From the NCBI GenBank assembly GCA_027339965.1, contig DAHWNL010000009.1, positions 29,733 to 93,732 of the forward strand: a stretch of DNA of 64,000 nucleotides. The letters are read 5' to 3'. The notes below the pieces were generated by a model. It searched no databases and was not told where the DNA came from. It was given only the letters and a program-made list of their open reading frames with translations. Positions 51,778-63,580 of this stretch are shown piece after piece (within the stretch, counting starts at the first letter, position 1; each line of letters starts with the position of its first letter). Origin of the DNA: Granulicella sp. (lineage in GTDB: Bacteria; Acidobacteriota; Terriglobia; Terriglobales; Acidobacteriaceae). Made by a program: the position numbers and the translations under genes.

Positions 51778-54297
51778 CTACCGTTTCCCGCCGAGCCGAA
51801 GCTCCAGTCCGCTACGGAAGGTGAGCGGCAAGGCCGGGTAACCGATCGGACCGATATGCTGGTCGTTTAGCAGATTGTCGAACTGAACGAAGTAATAGAA
51901 CCCATGCTTCAGCGCGAAGTTCACATTCATATCCAGCTTGGTGTACCCAAAGTCCAGATTTCGGTTTGGCAACAGCAGCGTGTTTCCTCCATTTAGATCT
52001 TCATTCTCTAGAAACGTGGAGTCGTCACTGCGGCTGGCCACAGCTCCATCCATGGAAGCCGTCAGGGAGCGGCGTGTGTACTCCGCGTTGAAGTAGCCGA
52101 AGTTGGGGGCTCGGCGGAAGGGCCGCGCTCCTACCAGAGGGCTCAAAGCGCCGATCGCGATTCCCGGGATGTTCGGATTCTCCGTGGGCGTTCCCTGCAG
52201 GGCCGCTACGGCATCAGAGGAGAACGACTGTAGAACGCGCGCGTCCAGATAGGTATAACCCGCTCGGAAGAGGAAGTGAGGCTGCGGCTGCCAGACCAAC
52301 GCCGCCTCTAATCCCTGGGCACTGTAAGCCAGGGAGTTCACATAGGCTTCATAGATCCCGATGTTCGGATTGAGATTCAGGCCAAAGTACTGGTCCAGAG
52401 CCTGCGCATCCACCCCCTCCAACTGATTGTTGAACATGTTGTGGTAATAGCCGACTTTCAGAACCAGCTTTTCGCCAAAGATATTCTGGTCCACGCCTAC
52501 ATCGTACGTACGGGAGTCCTCGGCCCCCTGCGGCCCGACGTGGTAGAGCGCAATATCGGTCGTGTCGCCCGCCTCCAGCAGTTGCGTGTACAGACTCTCG
52601 AACTGAACCGCCAGGGTTGGCTCCTGCACCCCGGTCGCCACGTTGGCCCGCAGCCGCGTTCCACGAAACAAGCTCTGCGCGGGCCGCACCGGCACATAGG
52701 TCAGGCCGATCCGAGGCGTGCCGGCGATGCCAAACAGGTGGTTCTTCTCCACCGCTCCGCCTGCGGAGTAAAACAGGCGATGCCAGAACTCTCCCTGAAA
52801 CTGCAGGTTGTACTCGTAGTTTGGCCGCTGGAGAGACTCGTGTTCCGTGTAGTCAAAGCTGGGATCGTAGTCGTTGAAGGAACCTCGCTCATTGTCGTAG
52901 CGAAAGCCGAAGAGCCAGATCAGATGCGGTGAAACGCTATAGTCCGTCTGGTAGTACAGCTCATCGAGATTGCTATCCTGGTCGTAGTTATTGCCGGTAT
53001 AGAGCTGCACCTGACCGGTCGCCGTATATCCGTTTGCTCCTCGAATGGTGACCACCTTGCCCACGTTCCCGGGCCCGGCGATGCCTGGACCGTAAGCGCC
53101 CGGATCGTTCGCCAGGAATGTCCCACCGGCAGCGAACTCTTTTTCCTGTTCCCGCTTGCGGGCGATGTCATAGCGCACCAAGTTGTGCCACTTGCCCTTG
53201 TACCAGTTCTCCACCGTCATGTTGGCGAACAGATCCTGGTCGGCCTGCCGGTTGCTTTGCGCAACCCCCTGAAAATCCCAGGCCCCGGGCACTCCCTGCA
53301 CCGCATCGGTATTGTGCAGGGTGAAACGGAGCTGGGTGTTGCCCTTGAAGTTGTAACCAATGTTGGCTGCGTCCGTCTCGTTGTGGTACTCATCCTGGGG
53401 CAGCGCGTTCGAGGTATCCAGCCGTGAGAATGCCGTGTAATAATCCAGTCCCTGAATCGTCCCGCCCAGTGAAACCTGATTGCGGTAGGTCCACAGATTG
53501 CCCGCGTCGCCCTCATAGTCCAGAAGCGGTTCGGCCGTCGTCCCCTTGGGCGTGTTGATGGTGACCACTCCGGCTCCCGCATCCGTTCCGTACATCGCCG
53601 AATCCGGCCCGCGCACCACCGTCACGCTGTTTACCGACGCTGAACTCACCGTTCCAAAGTCAAACGTTCCACCGATGTCATCGGCCGGCGATCCATCCAT
53701 CATCACCAGGTTTGCCGTTGAGCTGCCACCCCGCAGAAACAGACTCGTCACGCCACCCATCTGTCCGGTCTGCACCATAAACACGCCCGGCTCCTGCCTC
53801 ATCGCGTCGATCAGGTCGGGTTGCATGGAAAAGGCATCCGGCGGAATGACGGTCACCGGAGAGGTGAGTTGGGGCAGCGGTGTCGGAATCCCGGTGGCGC
53901 TCACCGTCACATCCTGCTTCACAGTGGTTGCCGATAACACCACATCCCGCTTCACCACGTCGGTACTGCCGCCGTATATCTGGATACCAACTGAGGGGAG
54001 AAATCCAGCGGCGGAACTGACCAGCTCAAACCTGCCGGCCTCCGCATAGCGAATCTCGAAGGCCCCCTGCGAGTCGGCATAATCCATGGCGACCACCTTG
54101 CTGCCCTGTACCAGCCGCACCAGAGTTCCCGGGACCGGCTTGCCCAGCGCATCGGTCACATGTCCGCGCACCACCACGGCCTTTGCGCCCGTGGAAAAAA
54201 GAACAACGATCAAGAGTGTCAAGGCGGCACGGCAAGCCATGTTGACGCGCCGATTGGACCCCATACCAAACAAAGTACGGCCCACGCGAAAATGCAT
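51778..54297 (-). CDS. TonB-dependent receptor, probable cobalamin transporter (BtuB-like)
   Basis: Plug motifs SLFLRGG and VVRGPDSAMYGTDA.AGVV.I; beta-barrel C-terminus; directly downstream of a cobalamin riboswitch. Start ATG 54297 with SD GGAGGAG. Confidence 0.88.
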   Translation of the reverse strand: MHFRVGRTLFGMGSNRRVNMACRAALTLLIVVLFSTGAKAVVVRGHVTDALGKPVPGTLVRLVQGSKVVAMDYADSQGAFEIRYAEAGRFELVSSAAGFLPSVGIQIYGGSTDVVKRDVVLSATTVKQDVTVSATGIPTPLPQLTSPVTVIPPDAFSMQPDLIDAMRQEPGVFMVQTGQMGGVTSLFLRGGSSTANLVMMDGSPADDIGGTFDFGTVSSASVNSVTVVRGPDSAMYGTDAGAGVVTINTPKGTTAEPLLDYEGDAGNLWTYRNQVSLGGTIQGLDYYTAFSRLDTSNALPQDEYHNETDAANIGYNFKGNTQLRFTLHNTDAVQGVPGAWDFQGVAQSNRQADQDLFANMTVENWYKGKWHNLVRYDIARKREQEKEFAAGGTFLANDPGAYGPGIAGPGNVGKVVTIRGANGYTATGQVQLYTGNNYDQDSNLDELYYQTDYSVSPHLIWLFGFRYDNERGSFNDYDPSFDYTEHESLQRPNYEYNLQFQGEFWHRLFYSAGGAVEKNHLFGIAGTPRIGLTYVPVRPAQSLFRGTRLRANVATGVQEPTLAVQFESLYTQLLEAGDTTDIALYHVGPQGAEDSRTYDVGVDQNIFGEKLVLKVGYYHNMFNNQLEGVDAQALDQYFGLNLNPNIGIYEAYVNSLAYSAQGLEAALVWQPQPHFLFRAGYTYLDARVLQSFSSDAVAALQGTPTENPNIPGIAIGALSPLVGARPFRRAPNFGYFNAEYTRRSLTASMDGAVASRSDDSTFLENEDLNGGNTLLLPNRNLDFGYTKLDMNVNFALKHGFYYFVQFDNLLNDQHIGPIGYPALPLTFRSGLELRLGGKR

Positions 54298-54341
54298 ACT
54301 GATCTCCTCCGCCCCCCCTTCGGGAGCGTGGTAGGCAAACG

Positions 54342-54562
54342 GCAGAGGAACCGGTCTCCTGACTGGCGCGATTTCAAGGTCAGCCCGTGACTTCACGAGA
54401 TCCACCCTTCCCAATGTCCGTTGGACGATCAGTGGGGGTCTCTGGGCCGGCCTCACCTTGCCCACTATGCCGCCTAACAAGCGTGCGGAAGGGTCAAGGT
54501 GCGCGCATCACAGTTGCGGGGCAGTGGCGGAGTCTCACCGCGCTTCCCGAACATTCCTTTGC
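54342..54562 (-). ncRNA. Cobalamin riboswitch
   Basis: Minus strand contains GGGAAgcgcGGTGagacTCCgccACTGCCCCGCAACTGT, CCACTG...GGGAAG and the B12 box AGTCAGGAGACC. P1 is gcaaaggaa/ttcctctgc. The TTCCTCTGCC segment can alternatively pair with the SD region GGCGGAGGAG. Confidence 0.93.
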
Positions 54563-54846
54563 GCTAGCGGAATAAAATCAACGCATTGCTCAGGTTGCCG
54601 GCAATGCAGAAACATCAAGCAAGCTGCTTCAACAGCAAAACCAGGGCCGCTCTCTCTCGATCGCAACCTCTTGCTCGGCGCCACCCAAAAGATGCGGCAA
54701 CCCAGGCGGAGGTCGAGAGAGGTTTCAGATGGCCTAGCTTTGCCTTTAGTCTACGGCATGGCATGAGGAAATCTCCAACCCAGCCGACCTTCGGCCGCCG
54801 CAGATCTCTATCTTCGCCGGCGCCTTACGGGATCATCGCCAGCACC

Positions 54847-55815
54847 TTACGGAATCATCAGCAATACCTTGCCCGAGGTCTTCCTTCCGGTGAGATCGAT
54901 ATGCGCCTGGCGGGCCTCCGCAAGCCGATAGGTCGCCCCCACCCGCACGTTCAGCGCACCGCTGGCCATCCATCCAAAGACATCCGCGGCTCGCCGCTCC
55001 AACTCACCCCGGGTGCGAACATAGTCCTTTAGCGTCGGACGGGTCAAATAGAGCGAGCCCGCCATCAGCCGGATCGGATCCAGCGCCGGGACAGCTCCGC
55101 TGGAGGCTCCAAAGAGCACCAGCAGGCCGCGCGGCCGAAGGCACTTCAACGAATCCTCAAAGGTTGTCCTTCCCACCGAGTCATACACCACCGGCAGGCC
55201 ATCGCCATCCGTCTGCCGCTTGACCACCTCAGCAAAGCTCTCCACGGTGTAAAGGATGACCTTGTCTGCGCCGGCCGCCAGCGACAGCTCCGCCTTTTGC
55301 TGCGAGGAGACCGTGGTCAGCACCCGCGCTCCCAGCCGCTTGGCCATCTGGGTCAGGAGTAACCCCACGCCGCCGGCTCCGGCATGGATCAGCACCGTCT
55401 CTCCCGCCTGGATGGCATGGGTATCGTGAGCCAGATAGTGCGCCGTCAGCCCCTGCAACAGGCAGGCAGCCGCCTGAACGCTGCTCATGCCTGTGGGCAC
55501 CTTCAGAAGCTGCTCGGTCGGCGCGCAGGCAAACTCTGCATACGTCCCCCGATTCCCATTCCAGGCCACTCGGTCGCCCACAGCAAAACCGCTCACCCCA
55601 GGACCCAACTCGGCCACGGTGCCGGCCGCCTCCTGCCCGGGGACGAAGGGCAGCTCCGCCGGATATCGCCCCTCCCGTAGATAGACGTCGATAAAGTTCA
55701 CACCCGAGACTTCGATCTTGACCAGAACCTGCCCCGCTGCCGGGCTGGGCACAGGAAGCTCCACCAGTTGCATCGCCTCGGGGCCGCCGGTCTTCCGTAT
55801 TTGTATGGCTTTCAT
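54847..55815 (-). CDS. qor: NADPH:quinone oxidoreductase (zeta-crystallin/MDR family)
   Basis: GVNFIDVY.R.G.Y; PGQEAAG; LIHAGAGGVG; VYDSVG; LYLTRPTL; GKVLL. Confidence 0.92.
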   Translation of the reverse strand: MKAIQIRKTGGPEAMQLVELPVPSPAAGQVLVKIEVSGVNFIDVYLREGRYPAELPFVPGQEAAGTVAELGPGVSGFAVGDRVAWNGNRGTYAEFACAPTEQLLKVPTGMSSVQAAACLLQGLTAHYLAHDTHAIQAGETVLIHAGAGGVGLLLTQMAKRLGARVLTTVSSQQKAELSLAAGADKVILYTVESFAEVVKRQTDGDGLPVVYDSVGRTTFEDSLKCLRPRGLLVLFGASSGAVPALDPIRLMAGSLYLTRPTLKDYVRTRGELERRAADVFGWMASGALNVRVGATYRLAEARQAHIDLTGRKTSGKVLLMIP

Positions 55816-56268
55816 CGTCTCCACCCTGCTCGATCGCCCGATAGCGAACTCAGGGCAACCGGATGCCTCAAACTATCTCCCGAAGAACAATAGCGCACGA
55901 CGCGGTCCATCGACTAGGGGATATCGGCAGCAGGGACATGCCAGAATGGGGCGATCCAAGTCGCGCGGTCAAGTTCCGGTGCTGAGATCAGCGGCATGGT
56001 CCAGAACCAGGCCGGCAGCGAGGCCGGGATGGCAGCAAGCCGGGATGGCAGCAAGCCGGCGGTAGCCCTCCTGAACCGCAGAGTCGGATCCTCCGCGATC
56101 CGGCAGCTCTTGTCGCCCTGCGATTGAAACACAGTCCTGCACAATCGAAGACACTTGCCCATGCGCCGCGCAGCAGCTTCGCGCTCGTCTTTACTGTCCC
56201 AAGCCGGCCACGGTAGACTACAAGAAAATTTCCTCCGAAAGTGGCCGTGTTTCTTAGAGGTAAAGCCT

Positions 56269-58182
56269 TTGTGTGGGATAGTCGGATTTACCGCGAAAAA
56301 CTGGCGCCCTGACCCGGAACTCATCCATAGGGCTACCGCGACATTGCTGCATCGCGGGCCCGATCAGCAAGGTGTCTTCCAGTCGACCAACTGCTTCCTC
56401 GGAGCGGCCCGTCTCAAGATCCTGGATCTCGCCACAGGCGATCAACCCATCTTTTCTGAAGACCGCGATACTGTCATTGTCTTCAACGGCGAAATCTATA
56501 ACCATAGCGAGCTGCGTAAGACCCTGGAAGCGTGCGGACACAGCTTCCAAACCCATTGCGACACCGAAACCGTACTCCATGCCTTCCTCGAATGGGGTAC
56601 CGGCTGCTTTGAGAAGCTGCGCGGAATGTTCGCTGTCGCCCTCTGGTCCAACTCGCGGCAAACCCTGACTCTGGCTCGCGATCGCATTGGCATCAAACCG
56701 CTGTATATCGCGCAGCGCGGCGAGGATCTCTACTTTGCCTCTGAACTGAAGGGTATCCTGGCGCATCCCGAGATCGAACGGTGCCTGAGCCTGGAAGCCC
56801 TCGACGCCTACCTCTCGGTCAACTACATTCCATCTCCATGGACCATGGTGGATGGTATCGAGAAGCTGCCCCCGGGCCATTGGCTCGAGTGGCGCGATGG
56901 CCGTGCCAGTCAACACTGCTACTGGCGGATACCCCCCGCCACGCCCGCGCCACTCTCATTTGAAGATGCGCAAGCCCAGCTCGACCTTCTTCTCCGCCAG
57001 TCCATCCAGGAGCACATGATGGCCGACGTGCCGCTGGGAATCTGGGTGAGCGGCGGCATTGACTCCAGCACCATCCTGCACTACGCCGCACAGGCTTCCA
57101 GCTCCCGGCTACCCACCTTTTCCATCTCCTTCCTGGGCCAAAGTTTTGATGAATCCCCCTACATCGCGCAGATCGTTCGACAATATGGAACGGAACATCA
57201 GCAATTTGACCTCAATCCCCGGCAGGATCTCGAGGGCGCGATCCGCGAGCTGGCTTACTACTCCGACGAGCCCAGCGCGGACTCTGGAGCCTTGCCCGTC
57301 TGGTTTCTCTCCAAACTCTGCCGCACCCGCTGCACCGTGGCCTTCAGCGGTGAAGGCGCCGACGAAATCTTCGGAGGCTATCTCACCTACCGAGCGAACC
57401 GCATCGCCGAAGGTTTGCGCAAGCTCCCCCAAGGCCTGCTGCGACTGGCGCTGCACTCTCTCGCAGCATGGCCGGCCTCCAACCAGAAGATTAGTCTCGA
57501 ATACAAGATCAGGCGGCTGCTGGCCGGCAGCCTGCTCCCTCCCGAGCGGGCACACGTATACTGGAATGGAAGTTTTTCAGAGCAGGAAAAGGCGCAGTTC
57601 GTCAAAGTTCCGCTGCCCGGCGCTCTCCACCAAGTTCTGGCTCAACTGCGCTCTGCAGCTCCCGGCGACGGTCTGGCCCCCTTCATGGAATTCGATCAGC
57701 AGTACTACCTGCCGGACGACATCCTCGTGAAGTCCGATCGCATGAGCATGGCGCACTCGATTGAAGTCCGCCCTCCGTTCCTTGACCATCGCATTCTGGA
57801 GTTTGCCGCTTGCCTGCCTGCCGATTTCAAAATAAAGGGAAGCAAGCAGAAGCTCCTTCTCAAAGCGTTGATGAAGCCCCATCTTCCGCCTTCTATCATG
57901 CAACGTCCGAAGACCGGCTTCGACATTCCCTCCCACGAGTGGTTCCGCGGTGTTCTCCGTGATCTGTGGATGGAAACCCTCGATCAGGCCGAGGCAGAGT
58001 ATGCGGACCTGTTCGCCTTTGCCAGAATCCGTCAGCTCAGCCGGATGCACATGAGCCGGCGCATCAACATTGGCTACCATCTCTGGGGCCTCATGACGCT
58101 CTTCCTGTGGATGAAACAATGGAAACTAAGCTCTGCAACAACCCGTCAGACTTCCCGACTGATGTCGGCGATGGGTGGTTGA
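56269..58182 (+). CDS. asnB: Asparagine synthase (glutamine-hydrolysing)-family amidotransferase
   Basis: TTG start then CGIVG (Ntn Cys1); HRGPD; FNGEIYN; ARDRIGIKPLY; SGGIDSS; SGEGADE.FGGY; K.DRMSMAHS.E.R.PFLD. Confidence 0.93.
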   Translation: MCGIVGFTAKNWRPDPELIHRATATLLHRGPDQQGVFQSTNCFLGAARLKILDLATGDQPIFSEDRDTVIVFNGEIYNHSELRKTLEACGHSFQTHCDTETVLHAFLEWGTGCFEKLRGMFAVALWSNSRQTLTLARDRIGIKPLYIAQRGEDLYFASELKGILAHPEIERCLSLEALDAYLSVNYIPSPWTMVDGIEKLPPGHWLEWRDGRASQHCYWRIPPATPAPLSFEDAQAQLDLLLRQSIQEHMMADVPLGIWVSGGIDSSTILHYAAQASSSRLPTFSISFLGQSFDESPYIAQIVRQYGTEHQQFDLNPRQDLEGAIRELAYYSDEPSADSGALPVWFLSKLCRTRCTVAFSGEGADEIFGGYLTYRANRIAEGLRKLPQGLLRLALHSLAAWPASNQKISLEYKIRRLLAGSLLPPERAHVYWNGSFSEQEKAQFVKVPLPGALHQVLAQLRSAAPGDGLAPFMEFDQQYYLPDDILVKSDRMSMAHSIEVRPPFLDHRILEFAACLPADFKIKGSKQKLLLKALMKPHLPPSIMQRPKTGFDIPSHEWFRGVLRDLWMETLDQAEAEYADLFAFARIRQLSRMHMSRRINIGYHLWGLMTLFLWMKQWKLSSATTRQTSRLMSAMGG

Positions 58183-60158
58183 CCCGCCGCCGCATCCTCC
58201 TGCTGATTGCACTTTGCTCCGCGGTCATCTATCTCGGCTGCATCCTCTCTCCGCCGTCACTGATGGATGACGTTGACGCCGTGCAGGCCCAGATTGCGCG
58301 CAACATGGTCACCTCCGGAGACTGGGTGACCGCCCATCTGGATGGCATAAAGTTTCTTGAAAAAGCTCCGCTCGTCTACTGGATGATCGCCGTCTCTTAC
58401 AAAATCTTCGGAGCCCACGACTGGGCTGCGCGCATCCCGATCGCCCTTTCCGTGATCGGATTGTGCCTGATCACGGGCGCATTTGGCCTCTGGGCATTCG
58501 GAAGACGCGCCGGCCTCTATGCCGGGCTCTGCATCTCCACTTGCATCGGTCTCTTTCTCTTCACCCGCATCCTTCTACCCGATGCGCTGCTCACCCTTTG
58601 CATCATCCTCTCCCTTTGGGCCATGCTACGAGTGCTGGAAGAGGATGAGCCAAGGCCGGGAATCTGGACAGCCGTGATCGCCGTCTGCATGGCTTGCGGA
58701 CTGCTGCTCAAGAGCCTCATTGGCGTCGTCTTTCCCATCGGCTCCGCAATCCTCTACCTGGCCCTCACCCGCCAGCTCTTCCTCGCGCGGACCTGGAAGC
58801 GCCTTCATCCTTTTCGCACCCTGCTGCTGGTGCTGCTCATCGCAGCGCCCTGGCATATTCTGGCCACCCTGCGCAATCCTCCTTATTTCAGCTTCACGCT
58901 AAAGAGCATCCCCGGCCAGTACCACGGCTTCCTTTGGTTTTTCTTTATCAACGAGCAGTTGCTGCGCTTTCTGAATCTGCGCTATCCCCGCGACTACGAC
59001 ACCGTCCCGCGACTGTATTTCTGGCTGTTCAATCTCATCTGGCTCTTTCCCTGGACGGTCTATCTCCCGGCCACATTCAAACTCTCCTACCGTCCGGTCA
59101 ACCGTGCGGGAAAGACCTGCTTGCTGGCGCTCTGTCTCATTGGTTTTGTGATGGTATTCTTCACGTTTTCAACAACGCAGGAATACTACTCCATGCCTAT
59201 CTACCCAGCCGCCGCGCTCCTGCTCGGCGCAGCCGTCGCTGCGGACGGCAAGATCATTCAGGGAGGCACGAGGGTTCTCACCGTCATCTGCGCCATGGCC
59301 GCAGCCGCCGCCATCTTCATCCTGGTGGCCGTCCGCCACGTTCCCACGCCCGGCGACATCTCCAACGCTCTTACCTACAACCCCGGCGTCTACAAGCTCT
59401 CCCTGGGGCATATGGAGGACCTCACCCTCAATTCCTTCGCTTACCTGCGCTTCCCACTCGCCCTGGCCGCCATGGCCTCTCTGATTGGCGTGTTCACCAC
59501 CTTGCGTCCGGCGCGCAGAGTCACCTATTTGGGCATCACACTGATGATGGTGGTCTTCTTCCACGCTGCCCGCCTGGCCATGGTCACGTTCGATCCATAC
59601 CTCTCTTCCCGCCCTTTGGTGTATGCCCTGGAGCGCTCTCCGCAGGGTGAGCTCATCATCGATCACCACTATTTCTGGTACTCCTCGGTGTTCTTCTACA
59701 CCAATCGAACCGGACTTCTGCTCAATGGCCGCAGATTCGGCATGGTCTACGGCTCCTATGCCCCAGGCGCTCCCGACCCCTTCATTGACGACGCCCGGAT
59801 GCAGGCGCTCTGGAAGACTCCGGCCCGCTATTACCTCTTTGCTAAACTTTCGCAACTCGGCCACCTGGATGCCCTCCTCGGGGCCCGTCAGATCACCGCC
59901 GTGAGCAGCAGCGGAGGCAAAATCTTACTCACCAACCACCCAATCCAATCTCCTCCCGCCCGTAAACCCGCAGAGATTTCCCAATCGATTGCCACGCCCA
60001 TCGCTCCACCGGGGCCGGACGCCGGGCCGGCTCGCCGACCTGAAGTTACCTCCGGGCAACTCTCTCCGCAGATCCGGGTTAGTGAAGGAAGTACAACCCG
60101 GCCAGAAAGTCGAACTCGTCTGGAAGCCGCGGAACAGGCGGCCAGCCAGCTTTTGTGA
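58179..60158 (+). CDS. ArnT/PMT-like GT-C membrane glycosyltransferase
   Basis: IARNMVTSGDWVT.HLDG..FLEKAPL.YW; RIP; LLKSLIG; PW motifs; many TM helices. The TTG start overlaps the asnB stop (TTGA). Confidence 0.88.
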   Translation: MTRRRILLLIALCSAVIYLGCILSPPSLMDDVDAVQAQIARNMVTSGDWVTAHLDGIKFLEKAPLVYWMIAVSYKIFGAHDWAARIPIALSVIGLCLITGAFGLWAFGRRAGLYAGLCISTCIGLFLFTRILLPDALLTLCIILSLWAMLRVLEEDEPRPGIWTAVIAVCMACGLLLKSLIGVVFPIGSAILYLALTRQLFLARTWKRLHPFRTLLLVLLIAAPWHILATLRNPPYFSFTLKSIPGQYHGFLWFFFINEQLLRFLNLRYPRDYDTVPRLYFWLFNLIWLFPWTVYLPATFKLSYRPVNRAGKTCLLALCLIGFVMVFFTFSTTQEYYSMPIYPAAALLLGAAVAADGKIIQGGTRVLTVICAMAAAAAIFILVAVRHVPTPGDISNALTYNPGVYKLSLGHMEDLTLNSFAYLRFPLALAAMASLIGVFTTLRPARRVTYLGITLMMVVFFHAARLAMVTFDPYLSSRPLVYALERSPQGELIIDHHYFWYSSVFFYTNRTGLLLNGRRFGMVYGSYAPGAPDPFIDDARMQALWKTPARYYLFAKLSQLGHLDALLGARQITAVSSSGGKILLTNHPIQSPPARKPAEISQSIATPIAPPGPDAGPARRPEVTSGQLSPQIRVSEGSTTRPESRTRLEAAEQAASQLL

Positions 60159-61463
<1,305 letters not shown>

Positions 61464-61540
61464 GATTCTGGAAAGCAACTGGTTCGCGGACCGCCGGCTG
61501 AATGGATTCCAGGCTGCGAAGAAGGCTGTAAGACAGGTTA

Positions 61541-61576
61541 CGGAAGGAGCGGAAAGCGCCAAAACCGCTCCTTCCG
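61541..61576. terminator. 12-bp inverted repeat between convergent sqdB and hpnI-like genes
   Basis: cggaaggagcgg(61541-61552)...ccgctccttccg(61565-61576). Confidence 0.55.
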
Positions 61577-61606
61577 GCCTATCCAACCGAACTGGAGAAA
61601 CTTCGC

Positions 61607-62743
61607 TCAAGCCGGCTTCACCGGCACAAGATTCCCGTCCACGATGTTGTACTTTTGTCCTCGCCAGGCAATCGATTTGCGGGTAAAGCTCATCAGCCAG
61701 ATGACCGTTGCCAGTGCGTCCCATGCTGGAATCAGAGGCAACTTTGCCCAGACGCCACGCTGTCGCAGGCCCAGCGAACCCACCAGCCATGTCAGCAGAC
61801 AGCGCACCACAAAATACCCGCCCAGGAACACCGCTGCCACTTCGGCTCTTGGATCCAAGGCGACCGCCGCCAGTGCCCAGGGTAAGCCGAGCGTAAACAC
61901 CAAGCCCGCATGGCCCCATGGCCTCATGTGCCGCATCACCGTCATCCAGCGCAGCCGCTTGAAGAACAATTCTCGAAACGAACTGTAATCGGGAACCGTC
62001 GAAATTGCGTAAGACAGCAGCACCACCTCGTAACCGCGCTCAGCGATCAACCTCCCCACCCAGAGGTCGTCCGCAGGCTTATTCTCGATGGACGAGTAAC
62101 TTGAAAACTCCTCCAGCCGGCTTCGCTTTGTGCAGATCGTTGGCCCCAACGCGAACTTCACCCCTTCCAACTGCCACGCAACCAGAATCCCGGGATAGAA
62201 ATCTGACAGCATTCCGACGTCTTGCAGCCGCTGCACTATCGTCACATCCTTCGTGGGCACGTAGAAGCACGTCACCGCGCCCACCTTCGCATCGGCCATG
62301 GGCGCAATCAGCCGCCGCAAGTACTCCGGCTCAACCCGCACATCACTGTCACTGATCACCAGATGTTCATGCGCCGCCTCTTCCACCAGCCGCGCCAGCT
62401 TGGCTACCTTGTCGTTGGTGGCAACCCGCCCGCTTCCCACCAGTATGCGGATCCGCGAGTCGGGAAAGTCCGTTTGTAATTGTTGGAGAACCGGATACGC
62501 CGAATCGTTCGTATCGCCCACGCAGAATACAATCTCATACTCCGGATAATCCTGCCGGCAAAAACTGGCAAAGTTCTCGTAGGCCTCAGGATCGAGCCCG
62601 CGCACCGGTTTTAGAACGCTGAGCGGGGGCAGAAACTCCGTCTCGAGCGGTTTTGCTTTCAGAAAGAACCGCAAACTGCTGAAGATTGCGATCCCGTAAT
62701 AGACAAACGGTATCGCGGCAATCAGGAGAAACACGAGTCGCAT
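61607..62743 (-). CDS. HpnI-like / ceramide glucosyltransferase-like GT2 (GT21) glycosyltransferase
   Basis: PPLSVLKPVRG; FCRQDYPEYE; N.KV..L; ISDSDVRV; FALGPT; ADD; RW...R motif; WRG at the C-terminus. Confidence 0.88.
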   Translation of the reverse strand: MRLVFLLIAAIPFVYYGIAIFSSLRFFLKAKPLETEFLPPLSVLKPVRGLDPEAYENFASFCRQDYPEYEIVFCVGDTNDSAYPVLQQLQTDFPDSRIRILVGSGRVATNDKVAKLARLVEEAAHEHLVISDSDVRVEPEYLRRLIAPMADAKVGAVTCFYVPTKDVTIVQRLQDVGMLSDFYPGILVAWQLEGVKFALGPTICTKRSRLEEFSSYSSIENKPADDLWVGRLIAERGYEVVLLSYAISTVPDYSSFRELFFKRLRWMTVMRHMRPWGHAGLVFTLGLPWALAAVALDPRAEVAAVFLGGYFVVRCLLTWLVGSLGLRQRGVWAKLPLIPAWDALATVIWLMSFTRKSIAWRGQKYNIVDGNLVPVKPA

Positions 62744-62837
62744 GGTGGAAATGGCTGGCAGAGCCGCTCTGTGGGTTTGAGAACTCCTCCACTGTACCAT
62801 ACCCGGCAAGCACCCCCGGCCGGAGTCATGCCCAAGC

Positions 62838-63270
62838 CAGGGCAATCGCACTTCGAATCGGGCGGAACCACCTTTGCCACGGCCCATGTTAGCTGCTGAC
62901 GTAAGGGGTTGTGAGGCATGAAGTTCCTTTCAGGGGGGATTTCACGTCGAGGCAAGAGACGCTGGATCAGCTGGGTGCCTGCTGGGAGGGTCTGGACGAT
63001 CCGCGACGGCGCGGCCATGCCACGCTGCACGAGCTTCATGAACTGCTGATGATGGCGCTGTGCGCGGTGCTGTGCGGCGGCCAGGGCGCGGTCGACATGA
63101 CGGAATTCGCCGAGGCCAAGGAGCCTTTCTTGCGCAGCTTTCTCACGCTGACCAACGGCTTGCCCAGCCATGACACCTTCAGCCGTCTGTTCCGCAATCT
63201 CGATCCGGATCAGTTTCGCGATGCGTTTCAGCGGTTTATGGCCCAGTTTTCTGAGCAGTTGCGGGGTGAA
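62838..63270 (+). mobile_element. Truncated ISAs1-family insertion sequence (left end plus 5' part of transposase)
   Basis: LDDPR...H..HELL.MALCAVLCGGQG..DM..FA..KE.FLR.FL.L.NGLPSHDTFSRLF..LDP is the H-repeat transposase N-terminus. Similarity stops after FSEQLRG. Candidate terminal repeat cagggcaatcgca at 62838. Confidence 0.85.
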
Positions 63271-63427
63271 GCCAATCCTCAATCCCACTGCGGGTGCCAG
63301 CAAGAAGGTAGCGTAGTAACATCAGCCTAACCGTCGCTCAGAGACTTGCAACTGACAGTGGGACGTGCTTCCCATTTCGTTCGGTGTTGATAGAAAACGA
63401 AAAGAGACCTCTGCATGTGTTGCAACC

Positions 63428-63450
63428 AACAGCCACCAGAACAGCCACCA
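63428..63450. repeat. 11-bp direct repeat pair, integrase arm-type site candidate
   Basis: aacagccacca-g-aacagccacca. Confidence 0.65.
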
Positions 63451-63507
63451 AACAATTGTTGCCTCTCGCTTTCAAGTGGCAAAAGTCGCATAAGTCTTGT
63501 ACTGTTA

Positions 63508-63568
63508 TGGTGCCCGGAGGGGGACTTGAACTCCCACGGAGGGTAAGCTCCTGCGGATTTTAAGTCCG
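63508..63568 (-). mobile_element. att-site core: 3' 61 nt of tRNA-Leu(TAA), not a complete tRNA
   Basis: Minus strand cggacttaaaatccgcaggagcttaccctccgtgggagttcaagtccccctccgggcacca contains the anticodon arm (TAA), long variable arm, T arm and CCA. No D arm or 5' acceptor strand is present upstream, and there is one T-stem mismatch. Confidence 0.85.
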
Positions 63569-63580
63569 ATTTTTAGCTGC

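Noticed and set aside
56023..56059. 16-bp tandem repeat gccgggatggcagcaa x2.3 between qor and asnB
   Set aside because: Only two full copies and no spacers; likely a slippage duplication, not CRISPR.
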